Of a stretch of 64,000 nucleotides of DNA, positions 20,254-30,019 are shown one piece after another. The stretch is from a virus (taxonomy: Duplodnaviria > Caudoviricetes). How positions within the stretch are numbered: the stretch's first letter is position 1; every line of letters begins with the position of its first letter. Below the pieces are notes generated by a model that worked only from the letters and a program-made list of their open reading frames with translations, was not told the origin of the DNA and made no database searches. The position numbers and the translations under genes are program-made. Location: positions 1,231-65,230 of IMG/VR virus record IMGVR_UViG_3300032288_005833, one strand, 5' to 3'.

Positions 20254-23200
20254 TGAGTTATAAAAATCTTATATTTTTTAATAAATCGGGTCATCAGTCA
20301 AATTTAATTTGGAACGGGGATTTTTGGGAAGCAAGATTAATGCTGCCTAGGGTTTCTGTTGATCTATTTGAAATCGAGCATTTTTTTATCGTAGAAAAAT
20401 TTTTAGATCTTAATGCTAATACGGTTTATGGATATCCGCATTTAACCCCTGATATAACAGCGACTACAACAGCCTCTGGAATATATGGGGATTTTAAAGC
20501 TGGATCTAATGTTGTAAAGACAGATACAGTTCCTCTTATTGATTATATAGGAGCAAAAGTTTTTACCTCACAATTTCCTCAAGGAAATGAAATAGTGTCT
20601 GTTGATACATCCCTTAATAGAATAACATTAAAGGATCCATCTACCTTAACCGAAAATGGAATTCCATTAATATTCAATCTTTGGAAATCATCATTTGAAA
20701 CCACAAGAAACGTTTTAGACTTTGATGCGTTTGATTCTTTTAACGGGAATATAATCAAAGGAACTGATTACGTTACAACATCATCTGATCTATCTGGAAT
20801 TAAAAACAGCGGGGACTATTTAACTATACTAGGTAACGGAATTCCAAAGAATGCTAGAATAACAAGTATAGTCGGAAATAAGATCTATCTGAATAAGATA
20901 TGCAATGTTAATATTTCAAATACAACTATATTTGTATATCCGGTTGAAGAAAAAAATGATGTATCGGATTATATTTTTCAATATGAGGTTTTAGAAGACG
21001 AAACATTAGATGCTCCTGTATTAAATAAATTGCAAGATTCATACATTAAAATTGGATATGACGGGACAGAATCTATACAGAATGATATAAGAACGAGTAA
21101 TTATGTTGATTCATCAAGTGTCACTATTAATCTAGCTTTAAATTCTACAGAAGAAGGAATATTTGGTAGAACCCTTGTTATAGAAGATTATTCTTTGGGA
21201 TATCCTAAGATTATAGCAAGAATTGAAATACACGGAGAAACAATAGGTGAAGACGAAAGATATAAAACTCTATTAAGTAATTTCGGAAGAAAATTAAATT
21301 CTGAAGATGCTTATATTTTAAGGCCAAGCGATCCTAAAGAACCATATACAGATTATGAGATAATAAATGCTAAAAGAAAAGAACTTTTATTAGAAGGGCA
21401 TGAGATCTTTTCATACCTTGGATCGTACAAAGGATTAATAAATGCAATAAGATTTTTTGGCTATCAGGATTTAAGAGTTAAAGAGTATTGGCTAAATGTA
21501 AAAAAATCAGACACATCGACCACTGCTCTTAAAGAGAATTCTGATTTTATGGACAAATTAAAATCCAAAACTCAGAGTCAAAGTACATTAATAGGAAATC
21601 TTTTAGATGACGAGAATGCAGGAAAGTATAAACAAGTAGAGATATACGGTAAAAAAACCGACGGAACATACGGATTAAAATCCTCAATGGAAGAATTATT
21701 CCCTTCTTCTAGTTATAAAAAAACTGCTCTGTTTGGACTTTTCTATGATATCAATGTTGTCGTTGATGATGCTTATGATGAATTCGGATATCCTATTACA
21801 GAAAATGCAGACGTATTTTCACCGGACGAAGTTTTAATTAAACTATTTGGATTAAAAGAAAAACTCAAGAAAGATTATCTTCCATTAAATGCTAGAATCA
21901 TAGATATTACCGGCGAAGGAGTTTATTTTGGTATCTATAAAAATAGATTATGGATAGACAATTTAAAAATAGACGAGCTACACCAGGGGATAGATCTAGA
22001 TCTTGCATTTACACCGGATTATGGATATGTTGAGGACTTAAGACCTTTTTATCTCAGACCTAATAAATACATTCCTTTCGTTCCTTTTGTTGGCGAAAAT
22101 CCTTCTTCTTACAAATACACTACATACGGAAATGATGTAGAACCTAAAGCAACAAATCCCATATTCACCGGAATTGAATCTAAAAAATTAGCGGATTCTA
22201 TTAAGCTATTTTACGAAAGAAGAAACAGCGGGGAAATAAAACATAGATTAGGCGACGGAGATAGTAAGAATAATGGTTACTTTAAATTATTTGATGGACA
22301 AAGATATGAAGTACCTGCAGGATTTCCAACAGTTTTAGAAGTTACAACATTTAATATAAGTTGGGATGAAATAGGTAATCATTGGAATGCGTTAGAGAAT
22401 AATTTTGCAACATATTCAACATCATTAGCTTCTTGGGATGACACTGGTTATACTGGTGATGGATTAATAGATTCCTCTTTAAGCTTTACGTTTGACACTG
22501 CAACAGAATTCGGTACATTATTTAGCGTAACATTACCTGATGGATTAGATTTTTTACGTCCTAGTACTGGATCTGTTCAATTAAAATTCACATCAACAGA
22601 CGATGATTCGTTTCAGTTTCTTTGTGAGGTACAGAACGGGACAATCCCCGGAACATATTATGATGAAACAACAGGAGAAACCCCTTTAAAGATTCTTTCG
22701 TCAAAGGGGGATGGAATAATGGACACCTGGAAGGTTGAACTGGTTAATTCGTTCAGTGATCTTTTAGATTTTGAATATTATGACTATTCATTTAATCCTG
22801 GCGGATTCTATTCGTGGGATAATCTGAGATTTGCTGGATTCTACGAAATAGAATGGACAGTAATTAAAAGAGGTGAAGTACCCTTCTATTACGAATTTAG
22901 AGGCGCTATAAGCGACTATTATAAATTGCCAATCATACTACCGTATGATGGAATATACTCCGTTAAATGCAGGGTATGGGATGGCTTCAATGATATTTGC
23001 ACAGTTAACTATGAAAATTGTATAGAGGTTAAGAAAAGGGAAATTGAATTAACCAATATTGCTAGATTTAGGGAGGCCGAAGTTTATACCTGGGAGAATA
23101 CTAGACAAAACTGGGACGATTATATTTCTATGTGGTTATTTCCTGTAGAGAACGGAAAAGACCCTGGTATTATTTCAAATCAGATATTAAATCCTGCTGA

Positions 23201-26200
23201 ATATGGCAATCAATTTAACGAAGGTCAAGAATGTAAGGTTTTAAAAACCTACGAAGAAACAATAGGGTCAGGGACGTGTGAATTTGGATTACAAACTATT
23301 CAGATTGATACTATAAGTAGTGATTATCCAGGAGGGGGTAAAGGCCCTGCTATTATCACAATAGATCCAGCATATCTTCCGCATGGTTTTTCTGCAGGTG
23401 ATGATGTTCTTTTAATAGATAATTATAATCAGCATATACAATCCTCTTCAACTAGCACATTTACTTTAGGAGCAGGTGGAACATTAACAGTTGATACTGG
23501 ATTAGATTTTATAGCAGGAAAAAAAGTTAGAATATCTCATAATTATGGAAAATATCAAATAAGTGAGATAGTATCATATGATCCAGTAACGGGAATTCTT
23601 GTTTTTGGTACGCCAACAAAGGTGTCAGGGAGAGGCACTAAAACGTTTACCGCAGTAGCAGGATTTAACTTTTTTCTATTTCCGTATAGAGTTGGATATG
23701 TTGAGGTTTTAATAAACAACGTATTAACTTCGCCGTCGAATTACAGTGCAACTGATGGTGTGGCTGTGTTTTTAAATTCTGGGTATTCTGCCGGCGATTC
23801 TGTTAAAATAAGAGAGATTATAGGTCCATATAATCAATGGGAAGTATCATCTCAAAATTATTCTGGAAATTATACGATTTCATCTGTGACTAATGATGGA
23901 TTTTACATTCCTTTAATTTTGGACGGAGCAGTAAATGCCTCAGATTTCACTTTAACCGAAATTGGATCAATCACTATTAATTACGAGGGAAAAAGATTTA
24001 CTAAGGTTGATTTTAACGGAAGATTAGATACTACACTGGGTAATCTAATGAGTAAATTTAATAATTCCAAAAAAGACCCAGCATTTGCAATCGATACAAT
24101 CTTCAATGATTCTGATATCGTGAATGCGTTAGTACAGGAATGGAAAGATGTCACATTTAAAGCACCAATAGGATCAGGAAATTCTTTCAATGGTAAATAT
24201 CTAGATATTATTACTACTGGTGGTCTATTTTTATATGATGGACAAAATCCGGTAAAATCATTAAGCGTTGAAATAAGCGGAGGTGTTAATCCATATAGCC
24301 AATATGTCGATTATAATTTTAATGGAGATCTTCCGGTTGAAAATATAAGATATTACGGAACCAAAAAATTAGATTGGGATGCATTTGATATTTTAGAATG
24401 GGATAATTTATATGCACAAACCTGGCAGTTTTACGATTATCATAATGATTGGCTAGGAGGATTTTCTTTGTATAATCTTCAAGCAGGTGATAAAATAAGA
24501 GTTGGTGCTAGCACCAAAGGAATAGTTCTTGGTAACGATACTGATGATAATAGTCCTGGATATTTAGATTTAAGAGAAGCTTGTAATCAATTAAATGCTT
24601 CTAAGGATAAAGGAATTTCTAAATTTTATTATGAAGTTAGAGGATTCTCTAAACTTCCTGGAAAATTTGATATTGATGGCAGCACCGAAAATTCACCTTT
24701 AACGTGTTTAGCAATACCTTATAATGAAGAAACTGAATCTTATGATCTTCAAGAAAATCCTTATGTTGTTGAGGGACCAACATCTATAGTTCAGGATAGA
24801 AATGGCGATATTATAATGGGAGGAGAATCTTCTATTAAATTATTTAGATCCCCTGATGATATAGATGTTTTTGATATTGCAACAAGATTCCCGGGATCTA
24901 CCCCAAGAAAGGTGTTAACTGATGAGTATAATAACTGGTGGTGTTATGGTGATTATGCTAATATACCTTTATTAATATTTGATAGAGAAAATCCAGAAAA
25001 TACTAAAATCTTTACATCTCAACCAATTGCTGATTTTGCTAGGCCTGATTTAAATTTTATAGTTCCTGTTCCGGATGATCAATTTCAAGTGATATCTTTG
25101 GCTGTTGATGCTTTAAGTGAAAACTTTGTAATGTATATAAAATACTTCCAAAGTTATAGTGTATCTCTACCTGATTCAGTGTTTAGACTAGTAGAATATA
25201 ATGCAGGATCTCAGGAATTTAATACAATATCAACGGTAGGACCTATTTGGAATGTTAATAAAATATATGATCAAGGAAGTGTAGTAAGTTATCTTGGTAA
25301 TTCGTATCTTTCTTTATTGAATACAAATCATCAAAGAAACCCTACTGCTTATTCTGATTACTGGGAAAAAATCTATCAGCCTAATCCAGGTGTTGTTGAT
25401 TTAACCCTTTATTATATCAGACAGATGAAGTATCATTATGTTGGAAAAGAATCTGAACTTTGGATAGCAACAAACGATGGTATTAAAATCTATGACGGAA
25501 TTAAGATTAAAACTATCAATACCGATAATTCAGGTCTTCATTCTAAAGACATATATTCCATAACATTTGATGAAGTTGGTGGTAAGTGGATAGGAACAAG
25601 TAACGGAATAGCATATTATGATAATGGAAGATGGGGATGCTGGACGCCCGCATCAAATCCTGAATTACCAATAGGCAGATCTAGAAATATAATTAATTTA
25701 GGAAACGGAAGAATCTTTTTCATGCTTCAGTATGGATCTGGTCTTTATAAACTGATTTATTTCAATGGCATTAATTTTATTGTCTATGATAATAATCCAG
25801 GAACATCTGAAGGATTTTCACCTGGATCCGGTGCTGATAATGATTATGAAGATCTATATTTAGTATTAAATAAAACTAAATTTATCGATGGCAAATTCAC
25901 AAGATATGTTAACGATCTATTTTATCTAGGTGATTCTTTAAGAGGTGGAGATCCTTATGTCGATCCTTCTTATTGGGATATAACATATGTTGGATATTTC
26001 TCAAACGGAAATAATGTATTCTTAAAAAAGATAAATTATCTAGTTCCGTATGTTCATGCTTCTTCAAAATCTCCAGGAATGTTAGGATGGGAGTTTATTT
26101 ATCATCTTTCGTTTAGACCTTATGCTGATCCTATTTATATCAAGAATAAAGGATTGGGAGATGTTGAGATTAACTTTAACTTAATTATTGGTCCGTTATA

Positions 26201-28229
26201 TACATCTTCAATTAATATAGGTAAAGATCCACAACTTCCTTATGTTGATAGAACAAGCTGGAAATTACCAGAATGGATCAAGTATGATTTTAATGACATT
26301 ATAGATTCCCACCCAGGAATTGATAAGGATGATTTATTCTTAGATGCTCCTTTGAGAGATATTATTTCAGGGAAAGCTAAAGCCGAAACGTATTGGAGAA
26401 ATTCAAATGTTATAAGAAGTGCAGCAAGGGATACTGGAAATCTAATTGATAGCTTTGAATGGGTAATTAAAATTGGTGATTCTTCTGATGACAGAGGAAC
26501 TAAAATATTTATAGACAGTGAAGGATATGTCTATGCAACTGGTTACTTTAACGGAAATGCATATTTCGGAGCAAAGAATAATTTACCGAGCGGAGCGAAT
26601 ACAACTCTTCCTTCTCCAAACAATCAATCTATATTTGTTGTTAAGTATAATGAATATGGTGTTGTTCAATGGGCAAGAAAATATGGAGGAACCGATTCCG
26701 TAACATCTTCGTCCGATTCTGTTAACGATTATTCATATACCCCTACAGGTATAAAAGTAGATCACCTAGGAAATGTAATAGTTATCGGATATAAATCGAA
26801 GACTAGAAATAATACTACAAACGAAAAACCTACAAATATTTTCTTGAAATGGGATTTTAATGCCCATCCTTTAATTTCATCTACTCTTTTTGATCCTTCT
26901 AGTAATACAGCTGATGATACTATTAAAGATCTTGCTATTGATAGAGTAGGTAACACCTACATAACAGGAGTTTATAAAGGAACCTTAACCTCTGGATTAA
27001 ATTCAATAACATCTTCTAATGATAATTATGAGGTATTTATTGCTAGAGTAGAGGATGATGGTTATATAAAATGGCTTTATAAAGCAGGGACAGGTGGAAA
27101 TGAAACAAACCCTTCTATCCAAATCGGAAACTCGTTTGAAGATCTTTATTTAGCATTTAATACTACAGACGGATCTTCACAAAAAATAGTTTTAAATAGA
27201 TATTCTAGTTATGACTTTGACCTTCAATGGAGCAAAGATATAGTTAATACCAACTACGGAGGAATCCCAGTATCTCCTAGAATTAAGGTATCAAGAAACG
27301 GTGAAATAGCATTGGGTGCAACATTCTCAGGATCTCTATCATCAAACGGTAATACGATAGATTCTAACGGTGATTCTGATATTGCTATATTTAAATTTAA
27401 TGGATTTAGAACATTATGGGCTAAAAACGTAGGATCATCTTCTGCTGATTATTGCCAGGATGTCGATATAGATTCAGAAGGAAGTATATTCATATTAGGA
27501 TCTTACGGAGGTAAATTAATAGCATCGCCTGAAATATCATCTCCTAATTATTATCCTTCACCTCAGGGTAATCTAGATTTAATAATGTTTAAGTATTCTA
27601 ATGTGGGAACACTTCTTGATGTAGTAGATGCAGGGGGAATAGCTAAAGATGAAGGAATTTCTCTTTCTATAGATAAGGATGATAATATTTATTTAACAGG
27701 TTATATCTCTGGACAATCCCAATTCTCTAACTGGATAACATCACCTAGTGGTGGAGAAGATGCTTTTGTTGGAAAAATATCTAATTTAAGATATCAAACA
27801 GGAAATAAGAACGGAAACGTATTTTCTTGGTTCGGCTCAGGATCTTGGCAAGCTGGTGAATCTAAAATATTCAAAGAAGAATTTGAAATTCCAATCGGAA
27901 CAACAGTGGTATTTAATCCGATAGATTCTTTAATTCCTGGAAAGAAAAATCACGTATGGAAATTAATATATGATGGCTCTGGTGAAGAAATCATAAACAT
28001 TAAAGATGCCCAGTCATTTATATGGACTTTTAATCAGCCAGGATTTTATACAATCTACTCTTCTGTTGAAGACAGTAATGGAAACGTTTCGGTTCATGAC
28101 AAAAATGGATACATTAGGGTTATAGATCATAAAAACCCACCACCAGGAGAATCAGTATTGTCTGTGACAAGTGATACCTTTAGAAGAAGATCAATTTACG
28201 AATTAGGATCCAAACCCCAATTAATCTAA
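20253..28229 (+). CDS. giant multidomain baseplate protein (gp7-like N-part; CBM5/12-like, Reg_prop and SBBP beta-propeller repeats, PKD-like end)
   Basis: 2658 aa; YLGSYKGLINAIRFFGY wedge-type motif; LWIATNDG and KWIGTSNG; DSEGYVYATGYF-type repeats; FNQPGFYTIYSSVEDSNGN. Confidence 0.65.
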   Translation: MSYKNLIFFNKSGHQSNLIWNGDFWEARLMLPRVSVDLFEIEHFFIVEKFLDLNANTVYGYPHLTPDITATTTASGIYGDFKAGSNVVKTDTVPLIDYIGAKVFTSQFPQGNEIVSVDTSLNRITLKDPSTLTENGIPLIFNLWKSSFETTRNVLDFDAFDSFNGNIIKGTDYVTTSSDLSGIKNSGDYLTILGNGIPKNARITSIVGNKIYLNKICNVNISNTTIFVYPVEEKNDVSDYIFQYEVLEDETLDAPVLNKLQDSYIKIGYDGTESIQNDIRTSNYVDSSSVTINLALNSTEEGIFGRTLVIEDYSLGYPKIIARIEIHGETIGEDERYKTLLSNFGRKLNSEDAYILRPSDPKEPYTDYEIINAKRKELLLEGHEIFSYLGSYKGLINAIRFFGYQDLRVKEYWLNVKKSDTSTTALKENSDFMDKLKSKTQSQSTLIGNLLDDENAGKYKQVEIYGKKTDGTYGLKSSMEELFPSSSYKKTALFGLFYDINVVVDDAYDEFGYPITENADVFSPDEVLIKLFGLKEKLKKDYLPLNARIIDITGEGVYFGIYKNRLWIDNLKIDELHQGIDLDLAFTPDYGYVEDLRPFYLRPNKYIPFVPFVGENPSSYKYTTYGNDVEPKATNPIFTGIESKKLADSIKLFYERRNSGEIKHRLGDGDSKNNGYFKLFDGQRYEVPAGFPTVLEVTTFNISWDEIGNHWNALENNFATYSTSLASWDDTGYTGDGLIDSSLSFTFDTATEFGTLFSVTLPDGLDFLRPSTGSVQLKFTSTDDDSFQFLCEVQNGTIPGTYYDETTGETPLKILSSKGDGIMDTWKVELVNSFSDLLDFEYYDYSFNPGGFYSWDNLRFAGFYEIEWTVIKRGEVPFYYEFRGAISDYYKLPIILPYDGIYSVKCRVWDGFNDICTVNYENCIEVKKREIELTNIARFREAEVYTWENTRQNWDDYISMWLFPVENGKDPGIISNQILNPAEYGNQFNEGQECKVLKTYEETIGSGTCEFGLQTIQIDTISSDYPGGGKGPAIITIDPAYLPHGFSAGDDVLLIDNYNQHIQSSSTSTFTLGAGGTLTVDTGLDFIAGKKVRISHNYGKYQISEIVSYDPVTGILVFGTPTKVSGRGTKTFTAVAGFNFFLFPYRVGYVEVLINNVLTSPSNYSATDGVAVFLNSGYSAGDSVKIREIIGPYNQWEVSSQNYSGNYTISSVTNDGFYIPLILDGAVNASDFTLTEIGSITINYEGKRFTKVDFNGRLDTTLGNLMSKFNNSKKDPAFAIDTIFNDSDIVNALVQEWKDVTFKAPIGSGNSFNGKYLDIITTGGLFLYDGQNPVKSLSVEISGGVNPYSQYVDYNFNGDLPVENIRYYGTKKLDWDAFDILEWDNLYAQTWQFYDYHNDWLGGFSLYNLQAGDKIRVGASTKGIVLGNDTDDNSPGYLDLREACNQLNASKDKGISKFYYEVRGFSKLPGKFDIDGSTENSPLTCLAIPYNEETESYDLQENPYVVEGPTSIVQDRNGDIIMGGESSIKLFRSPDDIDVFDIATRFPGSTPRKVLTDEYNNWWCYGDYANIPLLIFDRENPENTKIFTSQPIADFARPDLNFIVPVPDDQFQVISLAVDALSENFVMYIKYFQSYSVSLPDSVFRLVEYNAGSQEFNTISTVGPIWNVNKIYDQGSVVSYLGNSYLSLLNTNHQRNPTAYSDYWEKIYQPNPGVVDLTLYYIRQMKYHYVGKESELWIATNDGIKIYDGIKIKTINTDNSGLHSKDIYSITFDEVGGKWIGTSNGIAYYDNGRWGCWTPASNPELPIGRSRNIINLGNGRIFFMLQYGSGLYKLIYFNGINFIVYDNNPGTSEGFSPGSGADNDYEDLYLVLNKTKFIDGKFTRYVNDLFYLGDSLRGGDPYVDPSYWDITYVGYFSNGNNVFLKKINYLVPYVHASSKSPGMLGWEFIYHLSFRPYADPIYIKNKGLGDVEINFNLIIGPLYTSSINIGKDPQLPYVDRTSWKLPEWIKYDFNDIIDSHPGIDKDDLFLDAPLRDIISGKAKAETYWRNSNVIRSAARDTGNLIDSFEWVIKIGDSSDDRGTKIFIDSEGYVYATGYFNGNAYFGAKNNLPSGANTTLPSPNNQSIFVVKYNEYGVVQWARKYGGTDSVTSSSDSVNDYSYTPTGIKVDHLGNVIVIGYKSKTRNNTTNEKPTNIFLKWDFNAHPLISSTLFDPSSNTADDTIKDLAIDRVGNTYITGVYKGTLTSGLNSITSSNDNYEVFIARVEDDGYIKWLYKAGTGGNETNPSIQIGNSFEDLYLAFNTTDGSSQKIVLNRYSSYDFDLQWSKDIVNTNYGGIPVSPRIKVSRNGEIALGATFSGSLSSNGNTIDSNGDSDIAIFKFNGFRTLWAKNVGSSSADYCQDVDIDSEGSIFILGSYGGKLIASPEISSPNYYPSPQGNLDLIMFKYSNVGTLLDVVDAGGIAKDEGISLSIDKDDNIYLTGYISGQSQFSNWITSPSGGEDAFVGKISNLRYQTGNKNGNVFSWFGSGSWQAGESKIFKEEFEIPIGTTVVFNPIDSLIPGKKNHVWKLIYDGSGEEIINIKDAQSFIWTFNQPGFYTIYSSVEDSNGNVSVHDKNGYIRVIDHKNPPPGESVLSVTSDTFRRRSIYELGSKPQLI

Positions 28230-28913
28230 TTATCTGTCGTTGTATTCTGTGTAAACACTAAGGATTTCAGGAACTATAGGATGTCTGTGATTTTTCTTAA
28301 GAGAAATAATTTGAACACCAGGTACTCTAGCAGCAATTGTGTTAAGAAAATCAAGTCCTGAATCTTTTTTAGCTTTAAGATCTATTTGAGAAATGTCCCC
28401 ACATATCATAATCTTTGATGCTACTCCAAGTCTACCCAAGACCATTTCCATTTGATTGTTTGTCACGTTTTGTGCCTCGTCCAAAATAACGCAGGAATTA
28501 AGAAATGTTCTACCTCTCATAAAAGGAAACGGAAGTATCTCTATTACATTATTTTCTACCAGTTTGTCTATTTTTTCTTTATCATAAAGCATATAAAGAT
28601 TTGAATAGATCGGTGCTAACCAAGGATCCATTTTTTCTTTAAGATCCCCAGGCAAAAACCCAATATCTTCTTTTGCTACTGTTGGTCTAGTGATGATTAT
28701 TTTTTCAGCTTCTCTGTTGAAAAGTAGATCTAAAGCAATTTGACAAGCTAATAAGGTCTTTCCTGACCCTGCCATTCCCCTGATTACTGTGACTGGATTC
28801 TCTAAAATTAGTGATTTTGCTTCTTTTTGTTCCTCGTTTAATTGAATTTGGAACTTAATGGGACCTTTAACTTTCCCTTTTGTAGGCTGCTGTTCTTTGG
28901 ATTCTCTTTCCAT
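28230..28913 (-). CDS. phoH: PhoH-family ATPase
   Basis: GMAGSGKT, RPTV, GFLPGDLKEKMDPW, FMRGRT, ILDEAQN, GDISQID, RHPIV; likely start is the ATG at 28913 rather than 28994. Confidence 0.95.
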   Translation of the reverse strand: MERESKEQQPTKGKVKGPIKFQIQLNEEQKEAKSLILENPVTVIRGMAGSGKTLLACQIALDLLFNREAEKIIITRPTVAKEDIGFLPGDLKEKMDPWLAPIYSNLYMLYDKEKIDKLVENNVIEILPFPFMRGRTFLNSCVILDEAQNVTNNQMEMVLGRLGVASKIMICGDISQIDLKAKKDSGLDFLNTIAARVPGVQIISLKKNHRHPIVPEILSVYTEYNDR

Positions 28914-29002
28914 AAATGTTTTGGGTTTTTTGATAGAAACTAATATATGTTTTAGTGTATGATCTATGCATGAATGATTTATTTCTTCGTTCAAGCTTAT
29001 TT

Positions 29003-29015
29003 GATATATATATTC
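29003..29015. promoter_or_regulatory. possible bidirectional late-type motif (GATATATATA on +, GAATATATAT on -)
   Basis: sits between divergent phoH and the 29033 gene. Confidence 0.45.
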
Positions 29016-29032
29016 AGAATAAAAAATAGCAA

Positions 29033-29998
29033 ATGATTACTATACAGGAGATCTTAGGGACGGATTCAATTGCAGCTTCAAGGCTGACAATTAATTCAAA
29101 TTTTCTATTAGTTGAGAATGAAATCAACGATTTAGAGAACATTTTTAATATAAATGTGGTTACGGGAGCTATGGACATCTCCCAGGCAACTAGCGGACAG
29201 TTTAAAGCTAAGACAGTTTATGCAAATCAGGCAGCTTTCCCTGCATCTGGAACACCTACCGTGAATATTTACGGAACAGGTGCAAGTGCAGGTAATGCCT
29301 CTTTCTCTGGAACTGTTTCAGCAACACAATTAACTCTGTCTGCAACTGGTACATTCAATCAAATAAATGCATCGGGTCCAGCTGTTTTTGGCTCTACTGC
29401 TAGATATGATGGAGCAGTAACCTTTAATTCGTCAATTACCAACGGCCCAACTGGTTCTTATATTGAAAAAAATGCTACAGGAGCATCAGGTTCAACTAAT
29501 GCGTTTATCTCCCCACTTAGTGGTGGTGGTGGTGGTATTACAGGTACCTTTAGTAATCCATACGCTCTAACTTTAAATGAGAGCGTGGTTTATATTGATG
29601 CTGGTTATGTTAGCACTGCTACAGGCGATGCTGGGTCCGATATCGGATTCTTCTTTTATGTTGCTACAGGAACTGCACCATCGGGAACACCGCCTTCTAT
29701 TCCTCAAGGATTTAGATTAACGTTGATTAATACCAATGGCGCTGGAGGAAGAATAGCTACAGGGTTAACTGGACCAGGAGGAAGTACGTATTATACAGGA
29801 TTTAATACTCTAGCAAACGGGGGAGCATGGGCTTCTAAAGCATTATCAGTGCCTTCATCGCTTCCTTATAAAACTTCTGTTACTCTTCAGTGGGAAAATA
29901 GAATAGGAAAAGGTGGCACGTCACAAAATGGATCTTGGGTAGCTATATCTTCTTCGGGATATGTCGGAAACGATTTTAGCGCAGGAACTGGAGCATAA
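29033..29998 (+). CDS. virion structural protein (Gly/Ser/Thr-rich, fibre or baseplate appendage)
   Basis: N-terminal ILGTDSIAASRLTINSNF anchor-like motif resembles the N-terminus of 41488 ([18 protein letters not shown]). Confidence 0.55.
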   Translation: MITIQEILGTDSIAASRLTINSNFLLVENEINDLENIFNINVVTGAMDISQATSGQFKAKTVYANQAAFPASGTPTVNIYGTGASAGNASFSGTVSATQLTLSATGTFNQINASGPAVFGSTARYDGAVTFNSSITNGPTGSYIEKNATGASGSTNAFISPLSGGGGGITGTFSNPYALTLNESVVYIDAGYVSTATGDAGSDIGFFFYVATGTAPSGTPPSIPQGFRLTLINTNGAGGRIATGLTGPGGSTYYTGFNTLANGGAWASKALSVPSSLPYKTSVTLQWENRIGKGGTSQNGSWVAISSSGYVGNDFSAGTGA

Positions 29999-30019
29999 TA
30001 TTTAATAAAATAAAATCGA

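Noticed and set aside
28914-28994. Longer phoH start given in the ORF track
   Set aside because: The extension is not PhoH-like; the ATG at 28913 follows an A-rich leader like other genes here
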